From an uncultured Gemmatimonadales bacterium (lineage in GTDB: Bacteria > Gemmatimonadota > Gemmatimonadetes > Gemmatimonadales > GWC2-71-9), in NCBI GenBank assembly GCA_963842945.1, contig CAWJIM010000001.1, positions 64,001 through 128,000 of the forward strand: DNA of 64,000 bases, written 5' to 3'. The translations under genes were made by a program, and so were the position numbers. The notes under the pieces were generated by a model. It was not told the DNA's origin, searched no databases, and worked only from the letters and a program-made list of their open reading frames with translations. Below, piece by piece: positions 19,803 to 30,416 of the stretch. The stretch's first letter is position 1, and the number at the start of each line of letters is the position of its first letter.

Positions 19803-21081
19803 GCCGCGGCCGGCTCCAGCAAGGCATCGGCAAAATCCCGCGATGGGCGAATCTCTACCGGACTGGTGGCCTGGAGCAGCTCGAGGCTGAGACTGTCGAT
19901 GAACAATCCGTCGTCGTTGATGCGACTCGCCTGGAATGAGGACCAGGTCCAGATCACGACGGCTGCGGAGAGCCTGCTGCACGGCGCTGCCCGGGAGGAG
20001 CCCAGCCGTAGTGACGCTCGCTCCGAACAAGGTGTTTGTCACCGGGATCAGGTCGAATCGGGCGGAGGTCAGCCGGGCCAGCGGCTCGAGAACCATCGGC
20101 ATCAGCGGCGCCATGGCGGTGCCGGTCACCACCCCCACCCGTTTGCCCGCCCAATCATCACGGCTGATACCCGACTGCCCGATTCGCTGCTGCAGCCAGC
20201 GCACGGAGCCTACGCCATTTTCGACTTGCTCGAATCCATCGTAGATGTCGGCCGGTGGGAGCGGTGCGCCCGCTCGCAGATATAGCTCGTCGGCGCCAAA
20301 CGCCCAGGTGATGCCCCGCTCCATTCGGGCGCGCGCTCGGCGCGCTGCTCCAGAATGCGTATGGCAGCTCGGCACTCATCCGCCGTAGGCTCCCGGACCA
20401 GATGGTGCTTGGAGTGCTCGGTCAGCCCGACAGGAACCACGGAACAATTCAGCACTGACGGGCCCGAAGTTGTAGAGGTCGTCCAGCGTCTGTTCCAGCA
20501 CCGCCCCGTCGTTGATCCCGGGCGACATTACCACCTGGGTATGGAACTCGATGCCGTGGGCGGCGAACTCCGCGCAGCTGGGGAATGATCTCGGGAGCGG
20601 TGGGATTTCGCAGGACATATCGCCGTATCACCGGATCGGTCGCGTGTACCGATACGTACAGCGGCGAGAGCCGGTATTCGATGATCCGCTGCACATCGTG
20701 CGGCTTCAGGTTGGTCAGGGTTGCGAAGTTGCCATAGCGGAAGGACAGTCGATAGTCATCGTCTCTGATGTATAGTACGTCACGAAGCCCATCGGGCAGC
20801 CCGTCCACGAAGCAGAAGTCACACCGATTGGCGCAGCGGCGGATCCGCGGGGGCTCCAGCGCAACACCCATCGGCTCGCCCAGCGGCCGCTCGATGTCGA
20901 ACTCGATTTCCTCCCCGTCCGGCTGGCGCACGTGGAGCACAAACTCTTCGTCGGCCGTCAGGAACTCCCAGTCCAGGAAGTCATCCAGCTCTCGACCGTT
21001 GACCGAGAGGAGCTCGCTGCCCTCCCGCAGGCCCAGCTCGGCGGCAATGGACTCCGGCTGTACGGCGCTGACTCGAATCAT
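19799..21081 (-). CDS. PDZ + radical-SAM-like DUF512 protein (indels)
   Basis: N-terminal PDZ-like region, CANRCDFC (CxxxCxxC), DDDYRLSF.YGNF, PGINDG, VVPVGLT and QVENGVG. Confidence 0.88.
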
Positions 21082-21209
21082 CGGCACCAAGATCTCTCCC
21101 GAATGGGCTAAATTCAACCTCAGGTCTCAGGCTCAAAGTGCTTGTCCGCCAAAGGGAACGCGATGTCCCCGACGAGTGGGCCGGCTGACGGATCACTCGA
21201 GGAGGGAGC

Positions 21210-22238
21210 ATGAAGATCAGACTCAAGCCGCTCAAGGATCAGGTCATGGTGATCACCGGGGCCACCAGCGGCATCGGACTGGCCACAGCCAAGCGCGCCG
21301 CCGAACGAGGGGCCCGGGTGGTCCTCTGCTCGCGGAACGAGGCTGGACTGAGGGAGACGGTTGCGCAGATCGAGGAGAGCGGTGGCACGGCTCGAGGCGT
21401 AGTGGCCGACGTCTCGAAGCCGGATGACGTGGAGCGGCTCGCCGCCTCCGCCATCGAGGAGTTCGGCTCGCTGAGCACCTGGGTCAACAACGCCGGCGTC
21501 TCGTTCTATGGACGGTTGACGGAGGTTGCGTTGGAGGACATGCGCCAGCTCTTCGAGGTGAACTTCTGGGGCATGGTGCATGGAGCAAGGGCTGCGGTCC
21601 CGCGACTCAGGGCAACCGGGGGTGCCCTGATCAACATCGGCAGCGTCGTCTCCGATCGGGCCTTACCGCTACAGGGCGCCTACTCGGCCTCCAAGCACGC
21701 GGTCAAGGGATTTACCGACGCGCTGCGGATGGAGCTGGAGGAGGAAGGCGCTCCCATCTCAGTGACACTGATCAAGCCCTCATCCATCGACACTCCCTAC
21801 TTCCAGCACGCCAAGAACTACATGAAAGTTCAGCCGAAGCCTCCGGCTCCCGTGTATGCGCCCGAGGTGGTCGCGAATGCCATTTTGCGCGCCGCAGAGC
21901 ATCCCGTCCGGGATATCACCATCGGAGGTGGAGGCCGGGTGCTCACTGCACTGGGCGCGGCACTCCCCCGGTTGACCGACTTCTACATGGAGCGGGCGAT
22001 GTTCGATGCCCAACAGAGCGATGCGCCGGCCGAGCAGACCGCCGGGAACCTCTATCACTCCGCTGGCGAGGAGCATGTGGAGCGGGGCAGCTACAGCGGC
22101 CACGTGATGCGATCCAGCATCTATACTCAGGCTACCCTGTCCCCGGCTCGCGCACTGCTCGCGGCCGGTGTGGGGCTGGCGGTCTTTGCCGGAATTCGCT
22201 CACTCTGGTTTCCGGCAAAAACTGACAGAAGTTACTGA
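21210..22238 (+). CDS. SDR family oxidoreductase
   Basis: ITGATSGIG, WVNNAG and YSASK. The only convincing + strand gene right of 12.6 kb. Confidence 0.95.
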   Translation: MKIRLKPLKDQVMVITGATSGIGLATAKRAAERGARVVLCSRNEAGLRETVAQIEESGGTARGVVADVSKPDDVERLAASAIEEFGSLSTWVNNAGVSFYGRLTEVALEDMRQLFEVNFWGMVHGARAAVPRLRATGGALINIGSVVSDRALPLQGAYSASKHAVKGFTDALRMELEEEGAPISVTLIKPSSIDTPYFQHAKNYMKVQPKPPAPVYAPEVVANAILRAAEHPVRDITIGGGGRVLTALGAALPRLTDFYMERAMFDAQQSDAPAEQTAGNLYHSAGEEHVERGSYSGHVMRSSIYTQATLSPARALLAAGVGLAVFAGIRSLWFPAKTDRSY

Positions 22239-24381
22239 ACCTTGATGACTTTCCCTTCAGAGGGTACGCCATTTCGATTCAGAATAAACACCAGGTAATG
22301 CCCAGGCGGCGCGAGTTCATGCCGGTCGGGAGCGGTAACATCTACTCCAGTCGGAGTAGCTGCAAAGCTCAATGTATTCGCCCGCTGCCCGGCATCGAAC
22401 GCATGAGTGACCGCGCCCAGCTTGATCCACCGCACCGCGGTGATCTGCCGCGCGTTCGGGGTGACAACAGAGAACCGCTGCCCGTAGCCGACGGTCGAGG
22501 GCATGGAGCTGATGGTCGGTCGGGCCCCTTTGAAGAAGTACGGGGGTGAGAAGATCTCATGATTTCGCTCAGATGGAACCGGCACCAATCCCGCCATCGC
22601 ATCTCCGCTCGAGCCGTGGAGCACTGTTCCGTTCGGCAACAGCATCGATACCGAGTGGTAAACTCGCATGACGCTATTCGCAGCCAGTGTGGTCCACTGT
22701 CCAGTGCCGGGATTCCACAGCTCTGCTTCCCTCGCTGCAAGTCCCCGGTCGATGTTTACGAACCCGCCACCTCTGGTGCCGCCCGTAGCCAGCACCTGAC
22801 CATCGGGGAGAATGGTCGGATTCATGTGCCGCCGGGGAATGGCCATCGACCCAGTGAATTGCCATGTCGGGCTGGCTGAGTTGAGGTCGATGATTTCGGC
22901 GGTCGCTGTTGGCACATCCGTTTTCTTGTCCGGTGTGGGCCAGCTGAGATTGCCGCCGCCACCTACCACGAGAATTTTACCGGGTTCGTACATAACCGCT
23001 GAGCCGTAGTCCCGGTTAAAGCCAAACTTGTGAACGGGACCACTGGTCCAACTCCCGCGCCCCCCCGCTACTCCGATACCGTCAGGATCGAACCACCGAG
23101 ACTGGGTCCGCTCGCTGGCATTGAAGATCCTGCCGTCCTTTGGATCGACGAAATTGCGGGGATAGTAGGGTATCTCCAGGTCACCGGCTCCGGTAAGCTC
23201 TATCCAGCGTCCGCCTTCCCAAATCTCGGGAGTTGTGACTACGAGATTTGCCTGATCTCGTCCTGCCATGGTGACAAACCGTTGGCCGTCAGCCAACTCG
23301 GTGACGGTCGGATACCAACGGCCGTGCGCCATATCCGGCCCGTCGGTCACTGTTCCATCCTGGGTGAAGAACCTGGTCGTGGGAATTCCTCTATCATCTT
23401 TCAGATGACCACCGGATACGAGCAATGTGCCATCCGGCATCAGGGCATAGCCGGCGCAGAACAGCATCGTGTCGACTTCGATCATCCGGGCAGTCGTGGG
23501 TAGGCCGGCAGCCGGATTCCATATGCGGGGCATTCCCATGGTATCTGGAAGAACATCCGTCTTTCCCCACGCGATGATGTTCCCATTCGGAAACAGACTC
23601 ATGTGCAAGGGCACGATGTCCCAACTGACCAACTGGTCCCCAGCTCCCCGTAGTGGCCATCGAGGATAGTGGCGACACATCGACCGGCGACGAGCTGACG
23701 CTCACACTGCTGGCAGTAAACTGGAGGGTGTGGGATCCGGTGCCGCGAATGCCCAGGTCGCCAAACGCCGCAACGCCGTTGGCGTCAGTCGTTACCTGAG
23801 TATTCGCCCTCCAAGGTTCCGCCGGAGGTGGCGGTGGCGGTCACCTGTACGCCCGCCGCGGGGATGCCGGCTCCATCCCGGACCTGCACCACGGGCTGCA
23901 CCGCCGGGTCGAACACCTCGCCATCAAGCGCGGAAACCGGAGGATTGGTCGTGATCACAATGCTGCCCGGCGCGCCAGGCTCCACTGCGGTAGACGTGAA
24001 GGTGATGGGTGATCCATCCAGGCTTGCGGCCGTGGCGGAGGTGCCCTGCGGACCCAGCTCGGTGCCCAGGATTCGCTGGACCGACGCATGTCCGTCCGAG
24101 CCGGTCTGGGTCACGGAGCTGGAGACGCTTCCTCCGCCTTGGGCGGCCCAGGTCACCTGCACATCCGGAACCGGATTCCCGTTGTCATCGGTGACCAGAA
24201 CCACAAGTGGATTGGGGAGAGGCTGTCCCACGACGCCGTTCTGGCCGTTGCCCCCAGCCATCTCAATCCTTGTCGGAGTTGTCGGAGGGACACTGTCTCC
24301 CCCGCAGCGAAGCGAGGCGGCAGCTACCAGGGTAGCGACCGTCCACAAGCGGACCTTTCCGATTCGACTGATCATCACCAT
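22232..24381 (-). CDS. Copper radical oxidase (galactose/glyoxal oxidase, AA5-like Kelch + DUF1929) lipoprotein with N-terminal Ig-like domains; indels near 23650-23800
   Basis: LFCAG, GRWYPT, RVYHS, VTHAFD and APPGHY motifs. N-terminus has a signal ending LRC-GG and Big_1-like GNGQNGVVGQPLPNPLVVLVTD. Confidence 0.85.
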
Positions 24382-24443
24382 GACGTTGGATCCACTCCAG
24401 GGGTCCGGACCGCAGGGAACAGACGCGTGAACTCGGGCCTACA

Positions 24444-24459
24444 TGCAGGTACCGGGCCC
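24444..24459 (-). promoter_or_regulatory. Putative sigma-54 (-24/-12) promoter of the oxidase gene
   Basis: Minus strand GGGCCCGGTACCTGCA versus consensus TGGCACGRNNNTTGCW, with correct GG-N10-GC spacing, about 60 bp upstream of the ATG. Confidence 0.45.
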
Positions 24460-24674
24460 GAACCCGGGCCCGATCCTCAGGTGTAAGTCCTCTATTTTCC
24501 GCCGCTTAGCCGACTGAGCTCGACCCGGCGTTGCGCCGACGCCACGGAAGGCTAACTGCGGCACGGCACTCAATGCCAGCCCAGAGCGGCGCAAGCACAG
24601 GTCCCGACGTTTGCCGGAGCCAAGGTAATGGCATCCCTGTGAAGAGGGGCTGAAGCGGAGATGAAGCCGATCAG

Positions 24675-24746
<72 letters not shown>

Positions 24747-24795
24747 GGATTTCCCGGAAATGTGAGGAGGAGGGTTAAGAGGGGTCAAGGAGCAG

Positions 24796-25726
24796 CTATT
24801 TAGACGCCGAGGCCTCCAGAAAACTCCGCAAGTCTGGCTCACTGATCGCGGGTTCCCCCGGTGAGACATTGTCCAGGCGGCCTTGCACGCATCCACTGCT
24901 CCAATTCTCCAACCAGATCGAAGAGGTGGTCGAAGGAGTCGACGATGAAGAGCAGTGGCTGGTAGTGATCGATTTCGAAGTATTGATTGATGACCCATTC
25001 CAGCTGCATGGGATAGCGCTGCACGTCGGGCGAATCGATGGCGTGCGCGATCTCCCCATAGGAGCTCAGCAGGCCGCTGCCATACACCCGGAGACCGCCC
25101 GGCCCCCGCATCAGCCCAAACTCGATGGTGAACCAGAAGAATCGGGCCAGGGCTTTGAAGATGCTGGTGACCCGGCGGATCTTTTCCTTCTCGTCCTTGA
25201 TTCCCGCCACGATTTCTGCAGCGGTATGAGCGCAATCGCCAAACCGCACCAGGGTGTCGGCAAACGCCCGGTCGGTGTGCATCGGCACGTGACCGGCGAT
25301 GTCGTGGAAGATGTCCGGCTCCGGCAGATAATCGAGCGTTGCTCCGTCCCGGATGGTGATCGTGGTGGGAAATTCCCGATTGCGTAAACTGTTGAAGAAC
25401 AGGAAGGATGGGATATAGCCGCTCACCGGCTTCGCCTTGAAGCCGGTGAGCGGGCTGAGAAATCGATTGACGTCCTCCAGCCGTGGCACCCGGGTTGGCT
25501 CCAGGCACAGGCTGTCGATACCCTGCAGGAACCGGGTGTTGGCGTAGCGACGCCACCGTTCTTCCATCCGAGCAAACAGGCGCCTCCAGGCGTCATGGTT
25601 GGCCTCGGAGTAGAGCTCGTAGGGCTGATGGATATAGAGCCGGCCTTCCTGCTGCGCCTGCTCGATAAACGGCGCCTTCGTCGTGGTCAGACCGACTCCC
25701 GCCTGCTGTTTTCCTACGGTGGTCAT
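24796..25726 (-). CDS. phhA: Phenylalanine 4-monooxygenase (aromatic amino acid hydroxylase); indel near the 3' end
   Basis: DYLPEPDIFHDIAGHVP, WFTIEFGL, YGSGLLSSYGE and YQP: the His-His-Glu iron ligands are present. Confidence 0.88.
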
Positions 25727-25738
25727 GCTCGGTCTCCC

Positions 25739-27175
25739 TTAGACCTTCTTGTACCGCCAAGCCATAATGCCCGCGCCCTTCGCGCTTACCTGGATCGGCT
25801 GGGATGCGCCCGGCTTGAGGGCCGGGATCTGAACCTCCTGATTGGCCACGACGGTGCCCTTCCCGTCCAGGAACTCGAAAATCAGGGTCATCGCTGCGGG
25901 TGTCACTGGCTTACCCTGCGGCGGTTTGGGCCTCGCGCCCCGTGGCGGTTCCGCTGATGGTGGCCCCTTCAGCCGTGGGTGCGAACTGGCTGACCGTCAC
26001 CGAAACCGGCATGGAGAGCACCCGAGTGGCCGTTTTGTTTGCCGCGGCCTCCTTCTTGGCCATGCGCTGGCCGTTGGCCAGCATCCGCACGATCTCGTCA
26101 TTGTACGGCTCGATCTCGGCCAGGCGACCGGCAGCTTCCGCCAGCTTGGGCCCATTCTTGAGGCCGATGTAGCTGTTGGCGAGGCCGTATAGCGCATCTC
26201 GGTTATACGGCTCCTTCGCCACGATTTGTTCGAACGCGGCCGCCGCCTGGTCGTATTTCTTCTCATTGTACAGCGCAATCGCGGCATTCATGGCACCCAC
26301 GCTGGCAGCAACGGCGGACGGAGCGCCGGCGCCTGGTGCGGCGGCCACACCGACTTCTTTTTCCAGGGCCGCCGCTTTGTCGTTCTGACCCGCGGCCTGA
26401 TACGACGTAGCCAGGGCTCGCTTCACCTCTGCGTCCTGAGGCACCCAGCCCAGGTACTTCTCCAGGGCCTTGATCGCGTCCTCGTGGCGACCGGCTTTCT
26501 GATACATCGCGCCAAGATTTCGAGTCGCCAGGTTCCGGTCTTCGACCGCATTGGTGCGCTCGCCGATCTCCGATGCCTTCTCCCAGTAGGCGATGGCGCT
26601 GTCGGTCTGTCCCGTATTGGCAAAGATGACTCCGGCATTCAAGTAGGCTGATGGTTTGTCGCGGTAGATCGTGTTGGCCTGCCGGAAGAGGGCCAAGCGC
26701 AGAGTCGTTATTCTGCTTTTTGACGAATTCAATTCCGCCATTGACCAGCGGAACCCAGCCGGTGTACCGGGTCTTGCTGATATCCGCCTTGCAGTCCGGC
26801 TTCATGGTCTCGGCCTTGGTGAGTGAGCTGTCCGCCCCGACCAGGTCGCCCTGCTGCAGGTAGGTCCGGCCCAGGTAATACCAGGCAGCTGGATTCTTCT
26901 CCTGGCCGTTCTTTTCAATCGCTTCGAGCAGAACCTTCTTACCCGAGCTCAGCGCGCGATTCTTGTTCTCAGGAAGTTCTGTTTCGATGCCGGTTTTGAG
27001 ATAGGTAGCACCGCTGCTGACCTTGAAGTGCCCCGGCTTGATTCCGCACTCTGGGGGCGACATAGCGGGACGGCAGCGACTTGACGACTCGATCGTTGAC
27101 GGCGGTCTGTTGGGCAGCCGCGGGAACGGCGCCGGCCCCAATGAGCAGGCTGACTATGACGATGTTGGTTTTCAC
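25739..27175 (-). CDS. Exported TPR-repeat protein (several indels)
   Basis: Signal peptide MKTNIVIVSLLIGAGAVPAAAQ; TPRs (AWYYLGRTY, AYLNAGVIF, NLGAMY); C-terminus ...GIMAWRYKKV-stop at 25739. Confidence 0.75.
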
Positions 27176-27178
27176 TCG

Positions 27179-28467
27179 CTACGACTCCTTGTTCGAGAAC
27201 AGAGACCGGAGCGCCCGGTCGTGCAAGTCCCTTGCCACTTCATGGGCCGGCTGCCCAGTGCGACGCGCAACTGCTGCTACATCATCGTATTCCGGCTTCA
27301 CTCTCGGGCCATCGGGCCCCTCCAGCACCTTGACTCTCACGGCAGTTCCGTCCGCTGAGGTCACCTCGACTTCCCGCCGAGCCAGAGTGACACGCTCTGC
27401 AATTTGGCGACGAATTCCGGAGGTGGTACTGTGGCGGAACAGCGCCGCCGTGACTCGGTCAGCCTCCGGGGGAGCGGTTACTTCCACCCGGAATCCAGTG
27501 CGTCCCTTCTTCATCTGAGTGGCCCAGACCTGGACATCGAGCGCGCCTGCATCGAAGAGCGCCTCACGCATGGGCTCCAGATATTCGGGACTCAAATCAT
27601 CCATGTCGGTGGATAGCAGGACGACTTCTCCAGCCTCCGCGGCACCCGACGGCGGTGATCAGACGGAGTGCATTGGGATAGGCCGACGGATTACGTCCTC
27701 CCGCTCCCCACGCTCCAGCATCCAGCGGCCGCCAGCGCGCCGGAGGTGCTCCGGACGAGAGTACCCGGAGAAGGGCGGCTCCAGTTGGCGTGGTGGCTTC
27801 GCCTACGACGGGACCCACCGCCGTGACATCCAGCCCCTCCAGCAAAATGGCGGTGGCCGGCGCTGGAACTGGAATTATTCCGTGAGCCGCTCGAACCCAG
27901 CCGCTGCCCGAGCGCGACGGGCCGGTGATAAATCCGCGTGATTCCCAGCTGCTCGAATCCCTCGATACCGCCGACGATATCGACCACGCATCCACCGCTC
28001 CCACTTCGTGCAGCGGCACCTCATCCGCCGGAACGCCATGAACCCGCCCCTCCGCCTGGCCCAGCAGCGTGAACGCCTTAACCGCACGCTCGAGCACCCA
28101 GGGTGAGAGTTGGGCCTGCTGAACCAGGGCTATGAGCTCACCGATCCGCCGGTGGCTGATGATCATGGTGACCCTGATGCTCAACATGGTTACCCGGATG
28201 GCCGTGTGAATGATCATGATTGTGATCTTCGATCACCGGCGACGGGCGCTCCCGGCGTCCGCCCGGCAGCACCACATCCACCTTCGTGGCGGTTACACCG
28301 CACCGATCCACCCGCGCGATCTCGATCCGGACCTCAGGGAAACCCAGCCGCGCTGGCACTCCGCGCAGCCAGTCGGGTGAAGCTCCGGCCGCGATCAGGG
28401 CCCCGAGGACCATGTCTCCGCTGATCCCCGCGGCCGGGTCGAGAATCGCAAACCGTGCGTCAGGCAT
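27179..28467 (-). CDS. larC: Nickel-pincer cofactor Ni-insertase LarC (indels)
   Basis: GISGDMVLGAL, His-rich segment, AEGRVHG, HEVGAVD, HGIIPVPAPAT, TPTGAA, DDLSPE, MKKGR and KPEYDD. Confidence 0.9.
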
Positions 28468-28544
28468 AGACTTACAATATGCCTGCACGGCAAACCGCAA
28501 GCAAACCTGGAGTGAAGGAGGCAGCCGGCGGCTTGGTGGGGGAG

Positions 28545-30374
28545 TTAGCGCTGAGGGTTTGCGGTTCTCAGATGATCCAGAATCCGCTCCGCCTGCCGCT
28601 GGGAGAACCCAGGCACCGAGGCCAGTTCGGCCACCGAGGCTGATCTCACACCGGCGAGGCTTCCAAAGCGTTCCAGCAGGCGCCGCCGTTTGGTCGGCCC
28701 TACTCCTGGAATGCTGAGCAGCTCCGAAGTGATCGTCCTCTGGGTTCGGCGCTTTCGATTGTAAGCCAGTCCGAAGCGATGGGCCTCGTCTCTCGCGCGC
28801 TGGAGCAGGCGCAACGATGGGCTCCGCCGAGGTAACCGGAGGCTCTCAGTGCGGGCGGGGAGAAAAACTTCTTCCTCTCGCTTGGCCAGGCTGATGATGG
28901 GCAGCTCGGGAAAACCGAGCTGCTCTACTACTGTGACGGCGGCACTGAGCTGGCCCTTGCCCCCGTCGATCACGATCAGGTCTGGGAGCGGCAGCTGCTC
29001 TTCTTTGCGGCGGGTGAAATACCGGGTCAGGACCTCCTGAATTGCGGCGTAGTCGTCCTGTTGGCCGGCACCCCGGATCTTGAACTTGCGATATTCGCTC
29101 TTCCGGGGCCGACCCGCCTCGAACCACACCAGAGAACCCACCGTGTCCCGGCCCTGATTGTGAGAGATGTCGACGCAGATGAAGCTCCGCGGCACGACGT
29201 TTAGCCCCAGGTCCCGGCCCAGCGCGTACACCGGGTCCTCGGCCCGCTCCTCCGTCTCGAAGGATTCGATCCGCAGGCTTTCCAGGAGATGCATGGCGTT
29301 CTGGTCGGCCAGGGAGAGCCATCGTTGGGCCGTGCCCCGCTGAGGAATGGACCAGTCGGTATTGGGCAACAGCTCGCGCAGGGTATCCCATTCGTCCGGC
29401 GCGAAAGGCACCACCAGGCGGCGGACCCGATCTTCAGCCGGCACGTAATAGCGGACCAGAAACGCACTCAGAACCGCGCTGTCCTGTTCCTCCTCCACGT
29501 TCTCCAGAAAGCGGTGCTCCCGCCCCACAACCCTGCCCCCTCGAACCCGGATCAGCACGCCCACAGCGTCATCGCCGTCCCGGGCATATCCAACGACATC
29601 CGCGTCTCCCGTCCCCATCACTTCGACGCTGAGCGGCTCCTCCAGCCGGTCGAGCCAACGGAGCGCGTCGCGCAGCTCTCTCGCCCGTTCGAAGTCCTCC
29701 CGGTCGCTGGCGTCGAGCATGGCTTCACGGACCCGCGCGCGTACGTCCTGGGTCCGTCCTTCAAGGAAGTTCACCACATCTTCCACCATGCGCTGGTATT
29801 CCGGAAAATCGTGCCAGCCCATGCAAGGAGCGCGGCACCGCCCGATGTAGTAGTCGAGGCACGGGCGCTCGCGGCGTTCTTCGGGCAGCTTGTCCTGGCA
29901 GCTCCGTACAGTGTAGAGCCGGCGAATGATCGCCAGCGTACGCCGAAGCTGTGCCACATCGGTATAGGGGCCGAAATAGCGAGCGCCAGGAATATCGCGT
30001 CGCCGGGTGACCAGCACTCGCGGGAAGGGCTCCCCGAGAGTCACGGCTATCGAAGGGTAACTCTTGTCGTCCTTGAGTCTGACGTTGAATCGAGGCCGGT
30101 ACTCCTTGATCAGGTTGTTTTCCAGAATCAGTGAGCCAGGCTCGTTCGGCACCACAAAGGTTTCGACGTCGGCGATCAGACGCTGGAGCAGCCGATTGCG
30201 CGCGCTGTCTGGAAAGTCGGTGGCGAAGTAGCTCCGCACCCGGCTTCGGAGCCGCTTTGCCTTCCCGACATAGAGCACCTCACCGTCCTGCCCTTTCCAG
30301 AGGTAAACCCCCGGGCCCTCAGGAAGGGTGTCGAGCTTTCTCTGGAGCGCTTCGGGTAGGGCGGGAGTGGTCAC
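28545..30374 (-). CDS. uvrC: Excinuclease ABC subunit C
   Basis: PGVYL...YVGKAKRLRSRVRSYF, UVR domain, DISH, PDLIVIDGGKGQL, RDEAHRF and HhH tail. Confidence 0.98.
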   Translation of the reverse strand: MTTPALPEALQRKLDTLPEGPGVYLWKGQDGEVLYVGKAKRLRSRVRSYFATDFPDSARNRLLQRLIADVETFVVPNEPGSLILENNLIKEYRPRFNVRLKDDKSYPSIAVTLGEPFPRVLVTRRRDIPGARYFGPYTDVAQLRRTLAIIRRLYTVRSCQDKLPEERRERPCLDYYIGRCRAPCMGWHDFPEYQRMVEDVVNFLEGRTQDVRARVREAMLDASDREDFERARELRDALRWLDRLEEPLSVEVMGTGDADVVGYARDGDDAVGVLIRVRGGRVVGREHRFLENVEEEQDSAVLSAFLVRYYVPAEDRVRRLVVPFAPDEWDTLRELLPNTDWSIPQRGTAQRWLSLADQNAMHLLESLRIESFETEERAEDPVYALGRDLGLNVVPRSFICVDISHNQGRDTVGSLVWFEAGRPRKSEYRKFKIRGAGQQDDYAAIQEVLTRYFTRRKEEQLPLPDLIVIDGGKGQLSAAVTVVEQLGFPELPIISLAKREEEVFLPARTESLRLPRRSPSLRLLQRARDEAHRFGLAYNRKRRTQRTITSELLSIPGVGPTKRRRLLERFGSLAGVRSASVAELASVPGFSQRQAERILDHLRTANPQR

Positions 30375-30416
30375 GTCGTGCTTGCTCGGAATCAGGGATC
30401 TGCATGGAGCCGGCTC

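Noticed and set aside
18480..20375. Apparent 631-aa DUF512-Der fusion in the ORF track
   Set aside because: An indel near 19925 joins the frames; DUF512 has its own stop at 19799 overlapping the der ATG at 19802.
21120..21209. Possible attR copy of the tRNA-Gly 3' end bounding an island
   Set aside because: Only a vague GAGTGGGCCGG similarity; no real direct repeat and no integrase.
27625..27660. Frameshift at the LarC1/LarC2 junction, reminiscent of the programmed frameshift in Lactobacillus larC
   Set aside because: No slippery run is present (ACC GCC G TCG GGT GCC), and larC has several other indels, so error is more likely.
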